Source: an uncultured archaeon
GTDB taxonomy: Archaea > Thermoproteota > Nitrososphaeria > Nitrososphaerales > Gagatemarchaeaceae
Assembly: GCA_963817525.1 (NCBI GenBank)
Contig: CAWFOU010000007.1
Span: 128,001 to 192,000, forward strand
Direction of reading: 5' to 3'
DNA length: 64,000 bases
Shown here: piece after piece, positions 19,969 through 30,011 of the stretch
How positions within the stretch are numbered: the first letter of the stretch is position 1
How the letters are laid out: each line of letters starts with the position of its first letter
Notes under the pieces: model-generated
The model's database searches: none
What the model was told of the DNA's origin: nothing
What the model saw: only the letters and a program-made list of their open reading frames with translations
Translations under genes and position numbers: made by a program

Positions 19969-20517
19969 TCAGCTCCAAGTGCCTTCGAAGTTGAAGTTCG
20001 TCTCGGTCCCAGCGGAGTAGGGGCCCACAGAATCTACAATCTTCGCTTGGAAGAGCCCTTCCGACGATGACCCGCTCGGCTCATGGGCGAGCTCTGTCGT
20101 GGGGAGAGCGCAGGTCGCGGCGACCTGCGAGTTCGCGGGTATGCCCGCTGCGGCGGGACCGCCAACCGTGCCGTTGAAGTTGTTGTCTGTGGTGACCGTT
20201 AGGGTTGCAGTGCCCGTGGAAGATTGGCTGGTGGTGATGTAGGTGACGCCAGTGTCGTTGACGCCTATGACCACCGACACTTGACAGTCCTCCAGCTGCA
20301 AAGGCGTAGTGCTATTATTCACGATTGTGCAGATGCCCGTCGCAAGAGAGCACGAGACATCTTTCGCTGACAGTTCCCCTATCAATGGCTCAAAGCATTT
20401 GGGACAGTATCCAGTAGTCAAACCTGTTCCCGGGACGAGATTGACGTATGCCACGTATCCGGATGCGACCAGAAGGAGCGCCAGAATTGACAAGGCGAGA
20501 GGGAGCTTTGATTTCAT
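19969..20517 (-). CDS. Membrane-anchored Cys/Thr-rich extracellular protein
   Basis: MKSKLPLALSILALLLVASG signal anchor; abuts both neighbours as in an operon. Confidence 0.7.
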   Translation of the reverse strand: MKSKLPLALSILALLLVASGYVAYVNLVPGTGLTTGYCPKCFEPLIGELSAKDVSCSLATGICTIVNNSTTPLQLEDCQVSVVIGVNDTGVTYITTSQSSTGTATLTVTTDNNFNGTVGGPAAAGIPANSQVAATCALPTTELAHEPSGSSSEGLFQAKIVDSVGPYSAGTETNFNFEGTWS

Positions 20518-20518
20518 C

Positions 20519-21802
20519 CTAACCTTCACTCTGGAATTGGACATCCACTGTTTCTGAGAACGTGGTGAACTGAGCGGCACTAACCAACGTCCCGTTGAGC
20601 ACAAGGGGATAGGTTACTCCGCTAGCGAAGCCCGCACCGATTAGCGTCGTGGTGAAGTGGACCGTCTGCGCTGGGAACAAGGGGCTGGACGTGCTGACGT
20701 TGAAGTTGGTCGAGTGCGGGCCAGGTGAATCTGCAGGGATGGTCGGGAAAGTGGCTGACAACGATGTTATCGTCATGTTTCCCACGTTCTTGAACGCGAA
20801 GGCGACCACCGGTCCGCCCGGATTGTAGGGCGGGATAGGACCTGTTACCGAAAGAACGTCAACTGGGCTTGGCGTCGGGGAGGCGTCGAAGTAAGCGTAA
20901 GCGGCCTGGTTCCAAATGTCTTCCGCGAGAATCGTGTATGAGCCGGCGGGGAAGGGCTGAAATACGTCGTTGAGGCCTTCAGCACAGATGTCGACGGCCA
21001 CCTGCGTCGGTGCGGCCGGACACACCTGAGTCGTCCGGATCGGCCAATAGCCATAGAGCATGGAGCCGGGGTGACATCCAAGGCCGAACTCCTTACCGCT
21101 GTATGATAGTCGAGTGCCGTTCTCTACGTTACTATAGGAACCCGAACCAGCAGTGGGAGCGCATGCCTCCGTGGCGGCGCTTGTCAGCATCTTGACTTGT
21201 GCCGGCTTGAACACGCCGCTCTCAGAAGTGTTGGCTAGGAGGGTGGCGACGTCGCTGTAAGGCGGGAGCTCGATCGTCTTGACGTAGTTTGCGGGATGGA
21301 CGTAGTTGGGGCACAAACTGGGTTCTGGTGGCCAGAGCAACAACGGCAGACCCGCCTCGGAGACGTTCGCCGCAGTGAGGTGCCCCTGAAACAACGCATA
21401 ATCGAAGATATGGTCGACCGAGCTGAAATCGCACTCACTGTTGTCGCCGTTCCAGACGGCGAGGTTCGGGTTGGCCGAAAAGTTCGCCGCGAGAGAGACG
21501 GTCGTTGGCAATGTGTTGACGAGGTCTATTTGGGCGGCAACAACCCCTCCTTGCGGGATCGTTGTGGCGTTCAGATCCACTCGCAGTTGCAGCCCCATCG
21601 GAGAGACTGCCGAAATGAAAGTTGTCGAAGAATTAACCTGCGTCTGATTTCCTGGTTCGGAAGTTATCGAGACGACTCCCATCAACGCGACCATCGACAC
21701 TATAATCGCGACGAAGAGGATGTGAGAATTGACCGCAGCGCTCCTTCCGGTCACTTCTCGAAAACTCCTCTTTGAAACTATCCGTGTCAAGGCCCACCGC
21801 AT
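20519..21802 (-). CDS. Membrane-anchored multidomain extracellular protein
   Basis: TM; GLQLRVDLNAT...GSYTILAEDIWNQ domain plus C-terminal Ig-like (FKNVGNMTITSL) domain. Confidence 0.75.
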   Translation of the reverse strand: MRWALTRIVSKRSFREVTGRSAAVNSHILFVAIIVSMVALMGVVSITSEPGNQTQVNSSTTFISAVSPMGLQLRVDLNATTIPQGGVVAAQIDLVNTLPTTVSLAANFSANPNLAVWNGDNSECDFSSVDHIFDYALFQGHLTAANVSEAGLPLLLWPPEPSLCPNYVHPANYVKTIELPPYSDVATLLANTSESGVFKPAQVKMLTSAATEACAPTAGSGSYSNVENGTRLSYSGKEFGLGCHPGSMLYGYWPIRTTQVCPAAPTQVAVDICAEGLNDVFQPFPAGSYTILAEDIWNQAAYAYFDASPTPSPVDVLSVTGPIPPYNPGGPVVAFAFKNVGNMTITSLSATFPTIPADSPGPHSTNFNVSTSSPLFPAQTVHFTTTLIGAGFASGVTYPLVLNGTLVSAAQFTTFSETVDVQFQSEG

Positions 21803-21982
21803 GGTGTTTCGCTAGAAGGTGGCTCTTGGATGTTGTGGAGGTATGTTCTCTGTCAGGCGAGTACTTTGGAATGAAATATTCGCGGCGCCCCGGGCGGGAT
21901 CTCCATCATCTGGTTAGAATCCCCATCACGAGGACCCAAATCATGTCAGTGCGGAAGCTCTTTCCTGGCAAATCCGACGTAG

Positions 21983-23665
21983 TTAGGGACACAGCTCCTC
22001 GGATGGGAGGGCCTCTTGGGCATTGAACACGTGGACGGCCGCGCAGCTTCCCGATTCCATGGGTGAATCCGATGCCACAGCCCAGACCGATCCTGCGCCC
22101 GAGGTCACAGCTATCCCCTGGACGTCATAGCTTGCCAGGACCGTGCCGTTGTCCCCGACGAGGTCGGTTCCTGAGGCATCCCCGCCGCTGAGAATCAATG
22201 CAGAACCATTATCAACAAAGCCCGCTGGAATACCAAGATTCGTGAAGTTCCAGAGGAGCTGGCCACCGGCGGTGAAGAGTTGGGCACCGTCTCCTATCGC
22301 TGCGACGTACGATCCGTCAGGTGAAATAGCGACCGGCTGCGCAGCCATGCCTTCTTGGTGCTTCCAGAGAAGCGCGCCGGTCGCACCGTCGAAGAGATAG
22401 ACACTGCCGTTCGAGTTCCCGGTATATACCGGCCCCCCCGCAACATAGGAGCCATTAGTGGACATCAGGACATTTGCGGTACCCGCGTTGTCTTCAGTGT
22501 AATTCCACACCTGATGTCCCTGTGAATTGAGACAGAAGACGCCCCAACCGAAGTTCGTCCAATTTCCTAGAAGCATGTCCTCCGCACTCACGACGACTGA
22601 GCCCCCGTCCCTCGACATTGCCAGATGAATGCTATTACCGCCACTTCTACTGGGAAAGGTGAAGTTCCAAAGGACGTCGCCGGCGGTGTTGAGGTAGATC
22701 ACGCCAGCTGTGTAATCTGCGGCTATCCGCGACCCATTTGCGGAAATGGCCACCTGGAAGATGGGATATCTGCCGGTGGAGACGTTCCACAGCATCTTCC
22801 CCTGCGTGTTGAAGAGGTAGACCTCCCCGTCACGGTAAGCGGACCAATAGCCACCTGCCGCCACATAGGAGCCGTTGCCCGAGACGGCGACGGTATCGAT
22901 GGCCGTGTTGTTTGTGACGTGCCTCCACGACTGCGTCTGTGAGCTCAACGAGACCAGATAGACAGACCCGTTCATGTCACTACCATCTTTGGTTCCTGCG
23001 GCCTAGTTTGAGTCCGCGCTGATGCTCAAGGCATCCACGGCCTGAGTCGCCGATGCCGCTGGGCCTGGTCCCCCGCTGCTCACCAGGTACTCCGCGCCGT
23101 AGCTGAGGAAATCCCATACCTCCTGCGAGATGAGCCAAGCGCCGCTCGAAGCGGAGTAGGCGAAAGAGTCCTCCGCGGAAATCGTGGCGCTGACATTACC
23201 CAAGACAGGGTCCTCCCCAACGAGAGCAAAGCTCGAGTTCACCGTCGCCAGGTCGTCGGAAACGACGACTTTCCCTAGAGTTACGTTCCCGATGGATATC
23301 GAGATGAATTTTCCTAGGAAAGATCCCATCAGGATGCGTATGTTGCCTGCGCCGGAGTAGTTGCCTGTGAGACCGGCTACCTGCCCCGCCCAAGTGACGG
23401 TCGCGTTGCTAGCGTATTGGCTGTCTATTGCGGACAGGTTCCTAGAGGAGAGCCATTGCATGTGATCGGCAAAGCTGCTCTCGACAATAGCGGTATCGAT
23501 ACCCGTCGATGTTTTCTTCAAATCTACCCCGGATGATGTTGAGCTCGATCCGAGCCGAGCCGGCAAGATTGCTATCGCGGTCAAAACCACCAGGGCAGCG
23601 ATGACTATCGCCGCTGCCACGACCTTGTAGCGTCCGATGCCGCGTGCAGGCGGATTCGTCACCAT
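21983..23665 (-). pseudogene. NTF2-like + PQQ/WD40 beta-propeller surface protein with in-frame TAG at 23003-23005
   Basis: ORFs 23003-23665 and 21983-22975 are in the same frame, joined by TAG + 9 codons (AAGTKDGSD); repeated blades VAVSGNGSYVAAG. Confidence 0.7.
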
Positions 23666-23761
23666 TGTGCTTCACGGGGAAGAAGCAAAAGGAGATTCGG
23701 TGACTAATACGTTTGTCCGAGTGTTTAGAGCGTGGTCGCAGGGATTTGAACAGTTGCGGTC

Positions 23762-23802
23762 GGATTCGCTTAATATTCTAAGCGACTCCCCTCGGGCCCG
23801 CC
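23762..23802 (+). repeat. att-like site, type A (11-6-11 palindrome + tRNA 3' end)
   Basis: GGATTCGCTTA ATATTC TAAGCGACTCC CCTCGGGCCCGCC. Confidence 0.8.
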
Positions 23803-23851
23803 TTGATTCGAACCCACCCGGGTTCGAATCCCCCGCGTTCCTTCCTGCGAT

Positions 23852-23939
23852 TCTGTCAGCTTAAGGGACATGAAAGCCCTCCTGATTACAGTTGCATAAA
23901 TGCTACGATGAGAAATTCCATGTCCCTTGAGCTAACAGA
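23852..23939. repeat. 88-bp element with 24-bp imperfect terminal inverted repeats (MITE-like or hairpin)
   Basis: TCTGTCAGCTTAAGGGACATGAAA ... TTCCATGTCCCTTGAGCTAACAGA (3 mismatches). Confidence 0.65.
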
Positions 23940-23985
23940 GTGCTTCTTGCATATCGTTAAATATCATATAGCCAAGATTTAACCA

Positions 23986-24225
23986 ATGGAAAGTCGGCTC
24001 CTCAAGAGGATCGTCGTCGACCCGAGAATAATGGTCGGCAAGCCAGTGATTAGAGGGACCAGAATTCCTGTCGACACAATCATCCATAGGATTGCTCAGG
24101 GGGGCACCATCAAGGAGCTCCTAGAAGACTACCCAAAGATAACGCGGTTAGATGTGAAGGCGGCGCTAGAATACGCGGAGAGCCTTGTGCGGGGCGAAGA
24201 CGTTTTGCCGCAAATAAAGAGCTAG
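23986..24225 (+). CDS. DUF433 antitoxin
   Basis: RIVVDPRIMVGKPVIRGTRIPV...DYP...DVKAALEYA. Confidence 0.92.
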   Translation: MESRLLKRIVVDPRIMVGKPVIRGTRIPVDTIIHRIAQGGTIKELLEDYPKITRLDVKAALEYAESLVRGEDVLPQIKS

Positions 24226-24226
24226 C

Positions 24227-24583
24227 ATGCGCTTCCTTGTGGACGAGAGCACAGGAAGGAAGATCTGCGAACTCCTTGGCGCGGCTGGTCACGACACGAC
24301 GTTCGTCGGCGACTCGATGCCAGGCTCCGCGGACGAAGCCGTCCTCGCCTTGGCGGATAGCGAAAGGAGAATCTTAATCACTGATGACAAGGATTTTGGC
24401 GAGCTCATTTTCAGACTCGATAGGCCCACGACAGGGGTCATTCTGTTAAGGCTCTCGACGGCAAACTCTCGGAGACGAGTAAGAATTCTTCTTGATGTCA
24501 TCAAGAGCTTGCAGCTCGAGGGAAGTTTCACGACGGTCACGGACAACGGAATCAAGACACGAAGGTTGCGCTCCAGAGGGTAG
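24227..24583 (+). CDS. DUF5615 PIN-like toxin
   Basis: MRFLVDES...GHD...DEAVL...RILITDDKDFGEL. Confidence 0.92.
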   Translation: MRFLVDESTGRKICELLGAAGHDTTFVGDSMPGSADEAVLALADSERRILITDDKDFGELIFRLDRPTTGVILLRLSTANSRRRVRILLDVIKSLQLEGSFTTVTDNGIKTRRLRSRG

Positions 24584-24626
24584 GCGGCAAGCCCTTCGTC
24601 GAAGATTCTATCTTCCAACTTGACCG

Positions 24627-24676
24627 GGAATCCACTTTGAGAACCCGTTCAGGGGCGGGTCCCGTCGGGCCCGCCT
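24627..24676 (+). repeat. att-like site, type B (conserved ~35-bp leader + tRNA 3' end)
   Basis: GGAATCCACTTTGAGAACCCGTTCAGGGGCGGG TCCCGTCGGGCCCGCCT; last 17 bp identical to 3230-3246; followed by a type-A palindrome at 24678-24705. Confidence 0.85.
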
Positions 24677-25085
24677 TAGATTCGCTTGAGATGTTAAGCG
24701 AATCCAACTAAACTTGCTTAGAGTCCCAGGCGAAATCCATTTAGCGTAAGTACTTCCATCGCCCTCGGGTTCGAAGCCAAGGGATCGATTCTGCCGGCCC
24801 GTCGATTCCTGCGAGCAAAATTCAAAGGATCAACTTGATTCTACGGGCATTCGATGCTAAGAAGGATTCGCATAGATTCCCCCCAAGTGTTCTTGCTTCG
24901 ATGGCCCACGGGTTTCTCGTCGTCCGGCTCGACTTCCTGAGGAGGGAAATTACATTCGCCCTCTGATCGAGAGGCGGCCCTCTCTGCCGCTTGGCGTGCA
25001 TCTACGACCCTAATTTCAAGTTCGCCTTCAGCGTTGAACAGACACAACGGCTTTATGACGCGGCTCTTCGATTAATCGAGAAGTA

Positions 25086-27041
25086 ATGTCCCAGGGCGTA
25101 CGGAGACTTGCGGCTATAATGTTCACGGACATGGTGGGCTTCACAGCTCTGGGCCAACGGAATGAACAACTTTCCATTGCCCTGGTTGACGAACAAAGGA
25201 AACTGCTGAGGCCAATCTTCACCAGACATAACGGTAGAGAGGTCAAGACTATGGGAGATGCCTTCCTCGTTGAATTTCCAAGCGCACTGGATGCCGTGAG
25301 GTGTGGGTACGACATCCAAAGAGCCACCAGAGAATTCAATGTCTCGTTACCAAGCGAGAAGAGGGTACACCTGAGAGTCGGGGTTCACCTTGGGGACGTT
25401 GTGGAGTCTCAGGGGGACATTTCGGGCGATGCGGTAAACTTGGCATCGCGAATAGAGCCCTTGGCAGAAGATGATGGTGTGTGCATTACCCGTCAGGTCT
25501 ACGACCACGTCAAGAATAAGTTCGAGCTCCCATTGGCAAGCCTCGGGAGCAAATCCCTAAGGAGCATCGCCGAGCCGTTGGAAGTTTACAAGATGATAAT
25601 GCCGTGGGAAGAACGGAATGCCTCACAATCAGAACACTTCGACAGGAAAAGAATTGCAATCTTACCCTTTGCTAACATAAGCCAGGGTGACAACGACGAG
25701 TACTTCGCAGACGGCATGACAGAGGAGCTGATCTCCACACTATCTAGAATCGGAGGTCTGAAAGTCATTTCCCGCACTTCCGTGATGCGATACAAGGCCT
25801 CGGGCAAGAGCGTGAGCGAAATTGCCAAGGAGCTAGGAGTAGGGACGATCCTGGAGGGAAGCGTCAGGATGGCTGGCGGCCACCTGAGGGTCTCGGCCGA
25901 GCTCATAGATGCGGGAAGAGACGAGCATCTCTGGTCACAAGACTACGACAGGGATTTGGAAGACGTGTTCAAGATTCAGACGGAGATCGCCCAGAGAGTT
26001 GCTGAGGCACTGAGAATAGAGCTTCTTTCGGTCGAAAGAGAGGACATTGAACGCCGGGTGACCGAAAGCCCTCAGGCTCATAAGCTCTATCTGAGGGGGC
26101 GTCACTATTGGAACGAAAGGACCAAGGATAGCGTCGATAAAGCTGTAAAATACTTCGAGGAGGCCATCAAGCTGGATTCCAAATACGCGCTCGTCTATGC
26201 CGGGCTTGCTCGTTGCTACATCCTCTACGGTGCATGGGGCTTCATGAGACCGAATGATTCATTTCCCAAGGCCAAAAGGTACGCAATAAAGTCCATAGAG
26301 ATCGACCCGAGGTTGGCTGAGCCGCATACCATCTTTGCCGACGTCCTCAATGATTACGAAGGGCGCTGGGTGGAGTCGGAGCTAGAATACAGGCGGGCAT
26401 TGGAGCTCAATCCTAGCTACGCTACGGCACACATGTGGTATGGGCTCTTGTTAGTATTCTTGACAAGGTTTGACGAGGCTCGCGACCATATCAGGCTAGC
26501 CATCGAGCTTGATCCGCTCACCCATGTCGGTGCATTGAATCTTGCTGGAGTGTCACTCTATGAGGGAAGACCGCGAGACGCCGTAGAACAGATTGAAAAT
26601 GCAATTGAGGGAGACCCCGAATTCGCCCCCAACCACAATGCTCTCGCTTGGGCATACTGCCTTGACTCAAGAACCGACGAAGGGATCAGCGAGATGAGGA
26701 AGGCATTGGCAATGTCTGGCGAACCTATTGATAAAGCGGACTTGGCCTGCCTACTAGGCTTCTCCGGTCGAACGGAGGAGGCCCGCAGTATACTCAAAGA
26801 AATCAAAGAGACTTCGAAGGTTACCTATGTCTCCAAGATGAAGATTGCGCAAGTCTTGTTTGCCTTGGGAAATTACGATGAGGCATTCAAGCTCCTCGAA
26901 GAGGCGAGGGAAGATCATTCGCTCTTCACCCAACACGGGAGCTATCTCCTTGACATGAGATTGCTTCCTTTGTTCGCTCCGGTGCGAGAGGACAGAAGGT
27001 GGCAGACGTTTGTAGCAACCTTAAAGATCCCAGAAGCCTAG
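25086..27041 (+). CDS. Class III adenylate/guanylate cyclase-like + TolB-like + TPR protein
   Basis: RRLAAIMFTDMVGFT, KTMGDAFL, GDAVNLASRIE, IAILPFANIS...YFADGMTEELI, TPR repeats. Confidence 0.92.
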   Translation: MSQGVRRLAAIMFTDMVGFTALGQRNEQLSIALVDEQRKLLRPIFTRHNGREVKTMGDAFLVEFPSALDAVRCGYDIQRATREFNVSLPSEKRVHLRVGVHLGDVVESQGDISGDAVNLASRIEPLAEDDGVCITRQVYDHVKNKFELPLASLGSKSLRSIAEPLEVYKMIMPWEERNASQSEHFDRKRIAILPFANISQGDNDEYFADGMTEELISTLSRIGGLKVISRTSVMRYKASGKSVSEIAKELGVGTILEGSVRMAGGHLRVSAELIDAGRDEHLWSQDYDRDLEDVFKIQTEIAQRVAEALRIELLSVEREDIERRVTESPQAHKLYLRGRHYWNERTKDSVDKAVKYFEEAIKLDSKYALVYAGLARCYILYGAWGFMRPNDSFPKAKRYAIKSIEIDPRLAEPHTIFADVLNDYEGRWVESELEYRRALELNPSYATAHMWYGLLLVFLTRFDEARDHIRLAIELDPLTHVGALNLAGVSLYEGRPRDAVEQIENAIEGDPEFAPNHNALAWAYCLDSRTDEGISEMRKALAMSGEPIDKADLACLLGFSGRTEEARSILKEIKETSKVTYVSKMKIAQVLFALGNYDEAFKLLEEAREDHSLFTQHGSYLLDMRLLPLFAPVREDRRWQTFVATLKIPEA

Positions 27042-27079
27042 TTTTTTCGGCTCTCGGTCTCGAGACCTGTCCTGCAGCA

Positions 27080-27118
27080 GGGTTCGCTTGGAACATTAGG
27101 CAATCCCATCGGACCCGC
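27080..27118 (+). repeat. att-like site, type A (degenerate)
   Basis: GGGTTCGCTTG GAACAT TAGGCAATCC CATCGGACCCGC. Confidence 0.7.
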
Positions 27119-27489
27119 TAGCTTATCCAAACACGCTTCACCTCGGTGAAGTGCGGGTCATCTGTGACACAAGAGACGCGCAGACTCTTCGACGTTGCCA
27201 TGATCAACGAATCAGCCATGGGAACTCGCAGTCTATGGCTTATCCTAGCTCCCTCCTCCGCTATCCCGGCGCTCACATCGACTATGGTATACTCGTTTGC
27301 AATCGTGCGGGTGCGCAGCTCGGCAACCGTCTTGTCATCGTGTTCAATGGTCTGTTTGTATATCTCGTAAATGCTGATTGATGACGCGAACGGAGTCTTT
27401 GCCTTCTCGAAGATCGCCTTGAGCTTCCTGGTTATCTCCGCGTCCTTTGAAGTGAAGACGGCCCAGAAATACCTGGTCTCGAAGAGCAT
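27118..27489 (-). CDS. vapC: VapC-type PIN toxin
   Basis: MLFETRYF...SIYEIY...MADSLIMAT...VTDDPHF. Confidence 0.88.
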   Translation of the reverse strand: MLFETRYFWAVFTSKDAEITRKLKAIFEKAKTPFASSISIYEIYKQTIEHDDKTVAELRTRTIANEYTIVDVSAGIAEEGARISHRLRVPMADSLIMATSKSLRVSCVTDDPHFTEVKRVWIS

Positions 27490-27492
27490 GAG

Positions 27493-27717
27493 TCACCCCT
27501 CAGATGAGCGCATCTCGTCAAGCAGTCGGAAGGACTCCTCGGTGGACAGCTTGCTCTTTCCTGCAAGGTCGAAGATTGATGGAATTTTTGTGAGTACTAC
27601 CTTGTCCCCTTCCGTGTCGACCATTAGCCTTGTTCCCTCCTGTATTCCGAGTTTCTTTCTTATGGATATAGGTATCGTCGTCTGCCCTCGCCTGGTGACA
27701 ACAACCTCTTGAGCCAT
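27493..27717 (-). CDS. vapB: AbrB/MazE-type antitoxin (VapB)
   Basis: VTRRGQTTIPISIRKKLGIQEG; directly upstream of the PIN gene. Confidence 0.88.
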   Translation of the reverse strand: MAQEVVVTRRGQTTIPISIRKKLGIQEGTRLMVDTEGDKVVLTKIPSIFDLAGKSKLSTEESFRLLDEMRSSEG

Positions 27718-27840
27718 GAGAGTGGCACGAATTCCTACTATAAAGCAATTCCTACCGCCGTAGGATTCCTATCTGCCCCGTCAGTCAGCTTAGGCGGGCT
27801 GGCGCATAGGTTCCTAAGCGGGCTTCTCCGATGCGACCAA

Positions 27841-27889
27841 GGGAATCCGCTTTCAGAACCTGTTCAGGGGCGGACCCCGTCAGGCCCGC
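27841..27889 (+). repeat. att-like site, type B
   Basis: GGGAATCCGCTTTCAGAACCTGTTCAGGGGCGGACCCCGTCAGGCCCGC. Confidence 0.85.
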
Positions 27890-28018
27890 TAATGATAAGC
27901 TCAATTTGAACTCTTTTTGAGTATGGCGAACATATTTGTGCCATTCCAGCGATTGTCGAAGCTAATCCGTCTGAATCGAACCCCTAAATATCGTCACCCA
28001 CTACTTACGCCTCGCGTC

Positions 28019-28414
28019 TTGAACGACAAGAAGGGAACGGGACCTGGCCAAGTCAGCGAGTCTGAACTTGCTGATCGAATATTCTCGTTCGACGACGCCA
28101 TCATGTTCTGCGTGATTATGAGCTCCGACGGGGACGTTCACGTGATACGGTCGCAGCCGGGAAGCGGGAGCCTGGTACGGAATAAGGGCGACGTCGAAAT
28201 GCTAGCCAAGCGGTGGGCTATCGTCAGGGGGATAGACGACACGGCAGACAAGTTGTTGGGACAGTCGCGTAGCGCAATAATCCTTCGCGACAAGATTACA
28301 TTGATGAGCATAAACGCGCCCGGCGGAAGGTGCGCGTTCGTCGGGGCACGCCCGGACGTCGATATTCGAAAGGTAAGAGAGATGGAAGAGGCAGTCGCCC
28401 TACTCAGCCCATAA
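28019..28414 (+). CDS. Small roadblock/profilin-like protein (DUF6659-like)
   Basis: ADRIFSFDDAIMFCVIMSSDG...LLGQSRSAIILRDKITLMSI pattern; start TTG 28019 inferred. Confidence 0.55.
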   Translation: MNDKKGTGPGQVSESELADRIFSFDDAIMFCVIMSSDGDVHVIRSQPGSGSLVRNKGDVEMLAKRWAIVRGIDDTADKLLGQSRSAIILRDKITLMSINAPGGRCAFVGARPDVDIRKVREMEEAVALLSP

Positions 28415-28463
28415 CTGGCGAGGCTGGAGGTCAGCTCCCAGGGGGGGGCGCGGCGTCGCGCTT

Positions 28464-28506
28464 GAATCCGTTGAAAAACCGTTCGGAGGCGGCCCCGTAG
28501 GTCAGC
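28464..28506 (+). repeat. att-like site, type B (degenerate)
   Basis: GAATCCGTTGAAAAACCGTTCGGAGGCGGCCCCGTAGGTCAGC. Confidence 0.55.
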
Positions 28507-28577
28507 TGCCCTTCGCGAGGGTTGGATTCGAACTTCGAGTGCACGGCAACCCTATCGCGCAAGAGTCCTCTTGAGGA

Positions 28578-29438
28578 CTATAGGATATTCAGGTCGCTAG
28601 CTGCGTAATAAGAAGGAACCAACGGGCGAAATCCGAGACTTCTGATTTTTTCAGTGTTAAGGAGGCCGCTCCACGGGTTTATCAAAGGAGTCGCCGGGTC
28701 TGCCAGCTTCGCGGTCTGACCCGCCAGGCGGATGACCTCTTGTAGAGTAATCGGCGAGTCATCGGCGACGTTGCATATCTCGCCCCCCATGGCAGAGACG
28801 CCCAATGCCAGCTTCACGGCTTGCGCAACATCCAAATGGTGCAAAAGATGCAACCTATACGCCGGATGACGGGCCCACCGCTCAAAGAGCGGAATCGATT
28901 CTGGTAGATGCGGGTCACCGGCGCCGTAAACGAAGCTGAAGCGCAGGATGCTTACGTCAAGTTGTCTCGCCGCGTGCATGCCAAGCAAGAGTTTCTCCGA
29001 AGCCACTTTGCTCGAGGGATAGGCAGCCGTTGGACTGACGTGGTCGCTTTCTATGGCAGGCGCGGCGTCATTGCTGTAGACCGTGCTTGTGCTTGAAAAG
29101 ACAAAGCGAACCTCTGGGTTGATTTGGGAAGCCGCTCCGGCTATGTTTTTCGTGCCGGTCTCGTTTATGCTTTTGATCTTATCAGCGTCTTCGCTGCGAA
29201 GACTGCGAAAGAAAGCCGCAAGGTGCACGATTGCATCGACCCCGACAAGGGCTTCTTGCAGGCTCTCAGGCTGCATGATGTCGCCGACGAAGGTCTCTGC
29301 CCCTTTGGCTTTGAGCTTCCCCGCGGTTTCGTCATCGGTTCTTCGGACAAGTATTCGTACGGAATGACCGCCGGTGAGCAGAGACGGAACTAATCTGCTT
29401 CCTACTTTTCCAGTTGATCCCGTTACCAGGACGTTCAT
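28578..29438 (-). CDS. NAD-dependent epimerase/dehydratase family protein
   Basis: VLVTGSTGKVG, IVHLAA, YPSSK. Confidence 0.9.
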   Translation of the reverse strand: MNVLVTGSTGKVGSRLVPSLLTGGHSVRILVRRTDDETAGKLKAKGAETFVGDIMQPESLQEALVGVDAIVHLAAFFRSLRSEDADKIKSINETGTKNIAGAASQINPEVRFVFSSTSTVYSNDAAPAIESDHVSPTAAYPSSKVASEKLLLGMHAARQLDVSILRFSFVYGAGDPHLPESIPLFERWARHPAYRLHLLHHLDVAQAVKLALGVSAMGGEICNVADDSPITLQEVIRLAGQTAKLADPATPLINPWSGLLNTEKIRSLGFRPLVPSYYAASDLNIL

Positions 29439-29540
29439 TTTCTAGACTGCGAGGTAGTCGACGCGCCTATAAGAATGCTTTGTATAAAGTAAATTGGTAT
29501 AAAGTAATTAGATATAGAGGCGGGCAACCAACCGCCCCGC

Positions 29541-29984
29541 GTGGAAGCCAGTCCGAACGCCGGATCTCTTGGCCACTGGGTGAAGATGATAAACCATGAC
29601 GCGACCATCAAGGGGAACCGCCTCCTCAAACCATTCGGTCTGACTCAGAGCGCCTGGTACGTCCTCTATCAGGTCAACCAAGCGGAACGGATCTCCCAGA
29701 AGAAGCTTCAGGGGACCCTAAGAATAGAGTCCGGAAGCATGGCGATGATCGTGGATAGTCTCGTCCGAAAAGGGTGGCTCGAAAGAACCTCCAGCGAGAA
29801 AGATCGCCGAGCCAATTATCTCAAGCTCACCCCCAAGGGCGCCGCTCGGTGGAAGACAGTTCCGGACGTAGCATCTGTCTTACGAAAGGAAATGATGCGG
29901 GGCATCTCGGAGGCGGAGGAGAAAGCCGGCATAGCGGTACTGAAGAAGTGTTGGGCTAACCTGGAGAAGGCGACCGCTGTCTAA
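29541..29984 (+). CDS. MarR-family regulator
   Basis: GLTQSAWYVL...VDSLVRKGWLER...DRRANYLKLTPKG; divergent from the epimerase. Confidence 0.9.
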   Translation: MEASPNAGSLGHWVKMINHDATIKGNRLLKPFGLTQSAWYVLYQVNQAERISQKKLQGTLRIESGSMAMIVDSLVRKGWLERTSSEKDRRANYLKLTPKGAARWKTVPDVASVLRKEMMRGISEAEEKAGIAVLKKCWANLEKATAV

Positions 29985-30011
29985 CAGAAAGAGTCCGCGA
30001 ATCAATTCATC

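Noticed and set aside
23003-23005. Pyrrolysine or programmed amber read-through
   Set aside because: Alignment with neighbouring propeller blades (SGNGSYVAAG vs SADSN*AAG) shows one codon missing, so a 3-nt deletion creating TAG is simpler; no pyl genes are in the window.
27080-27118. 3' half of a split tRNA with a T-loop intron
   Set aside because: The insert forms a plain hairpin rather than a BHB, the acceptor strand is mutated, and it matches the type A att-like motif.
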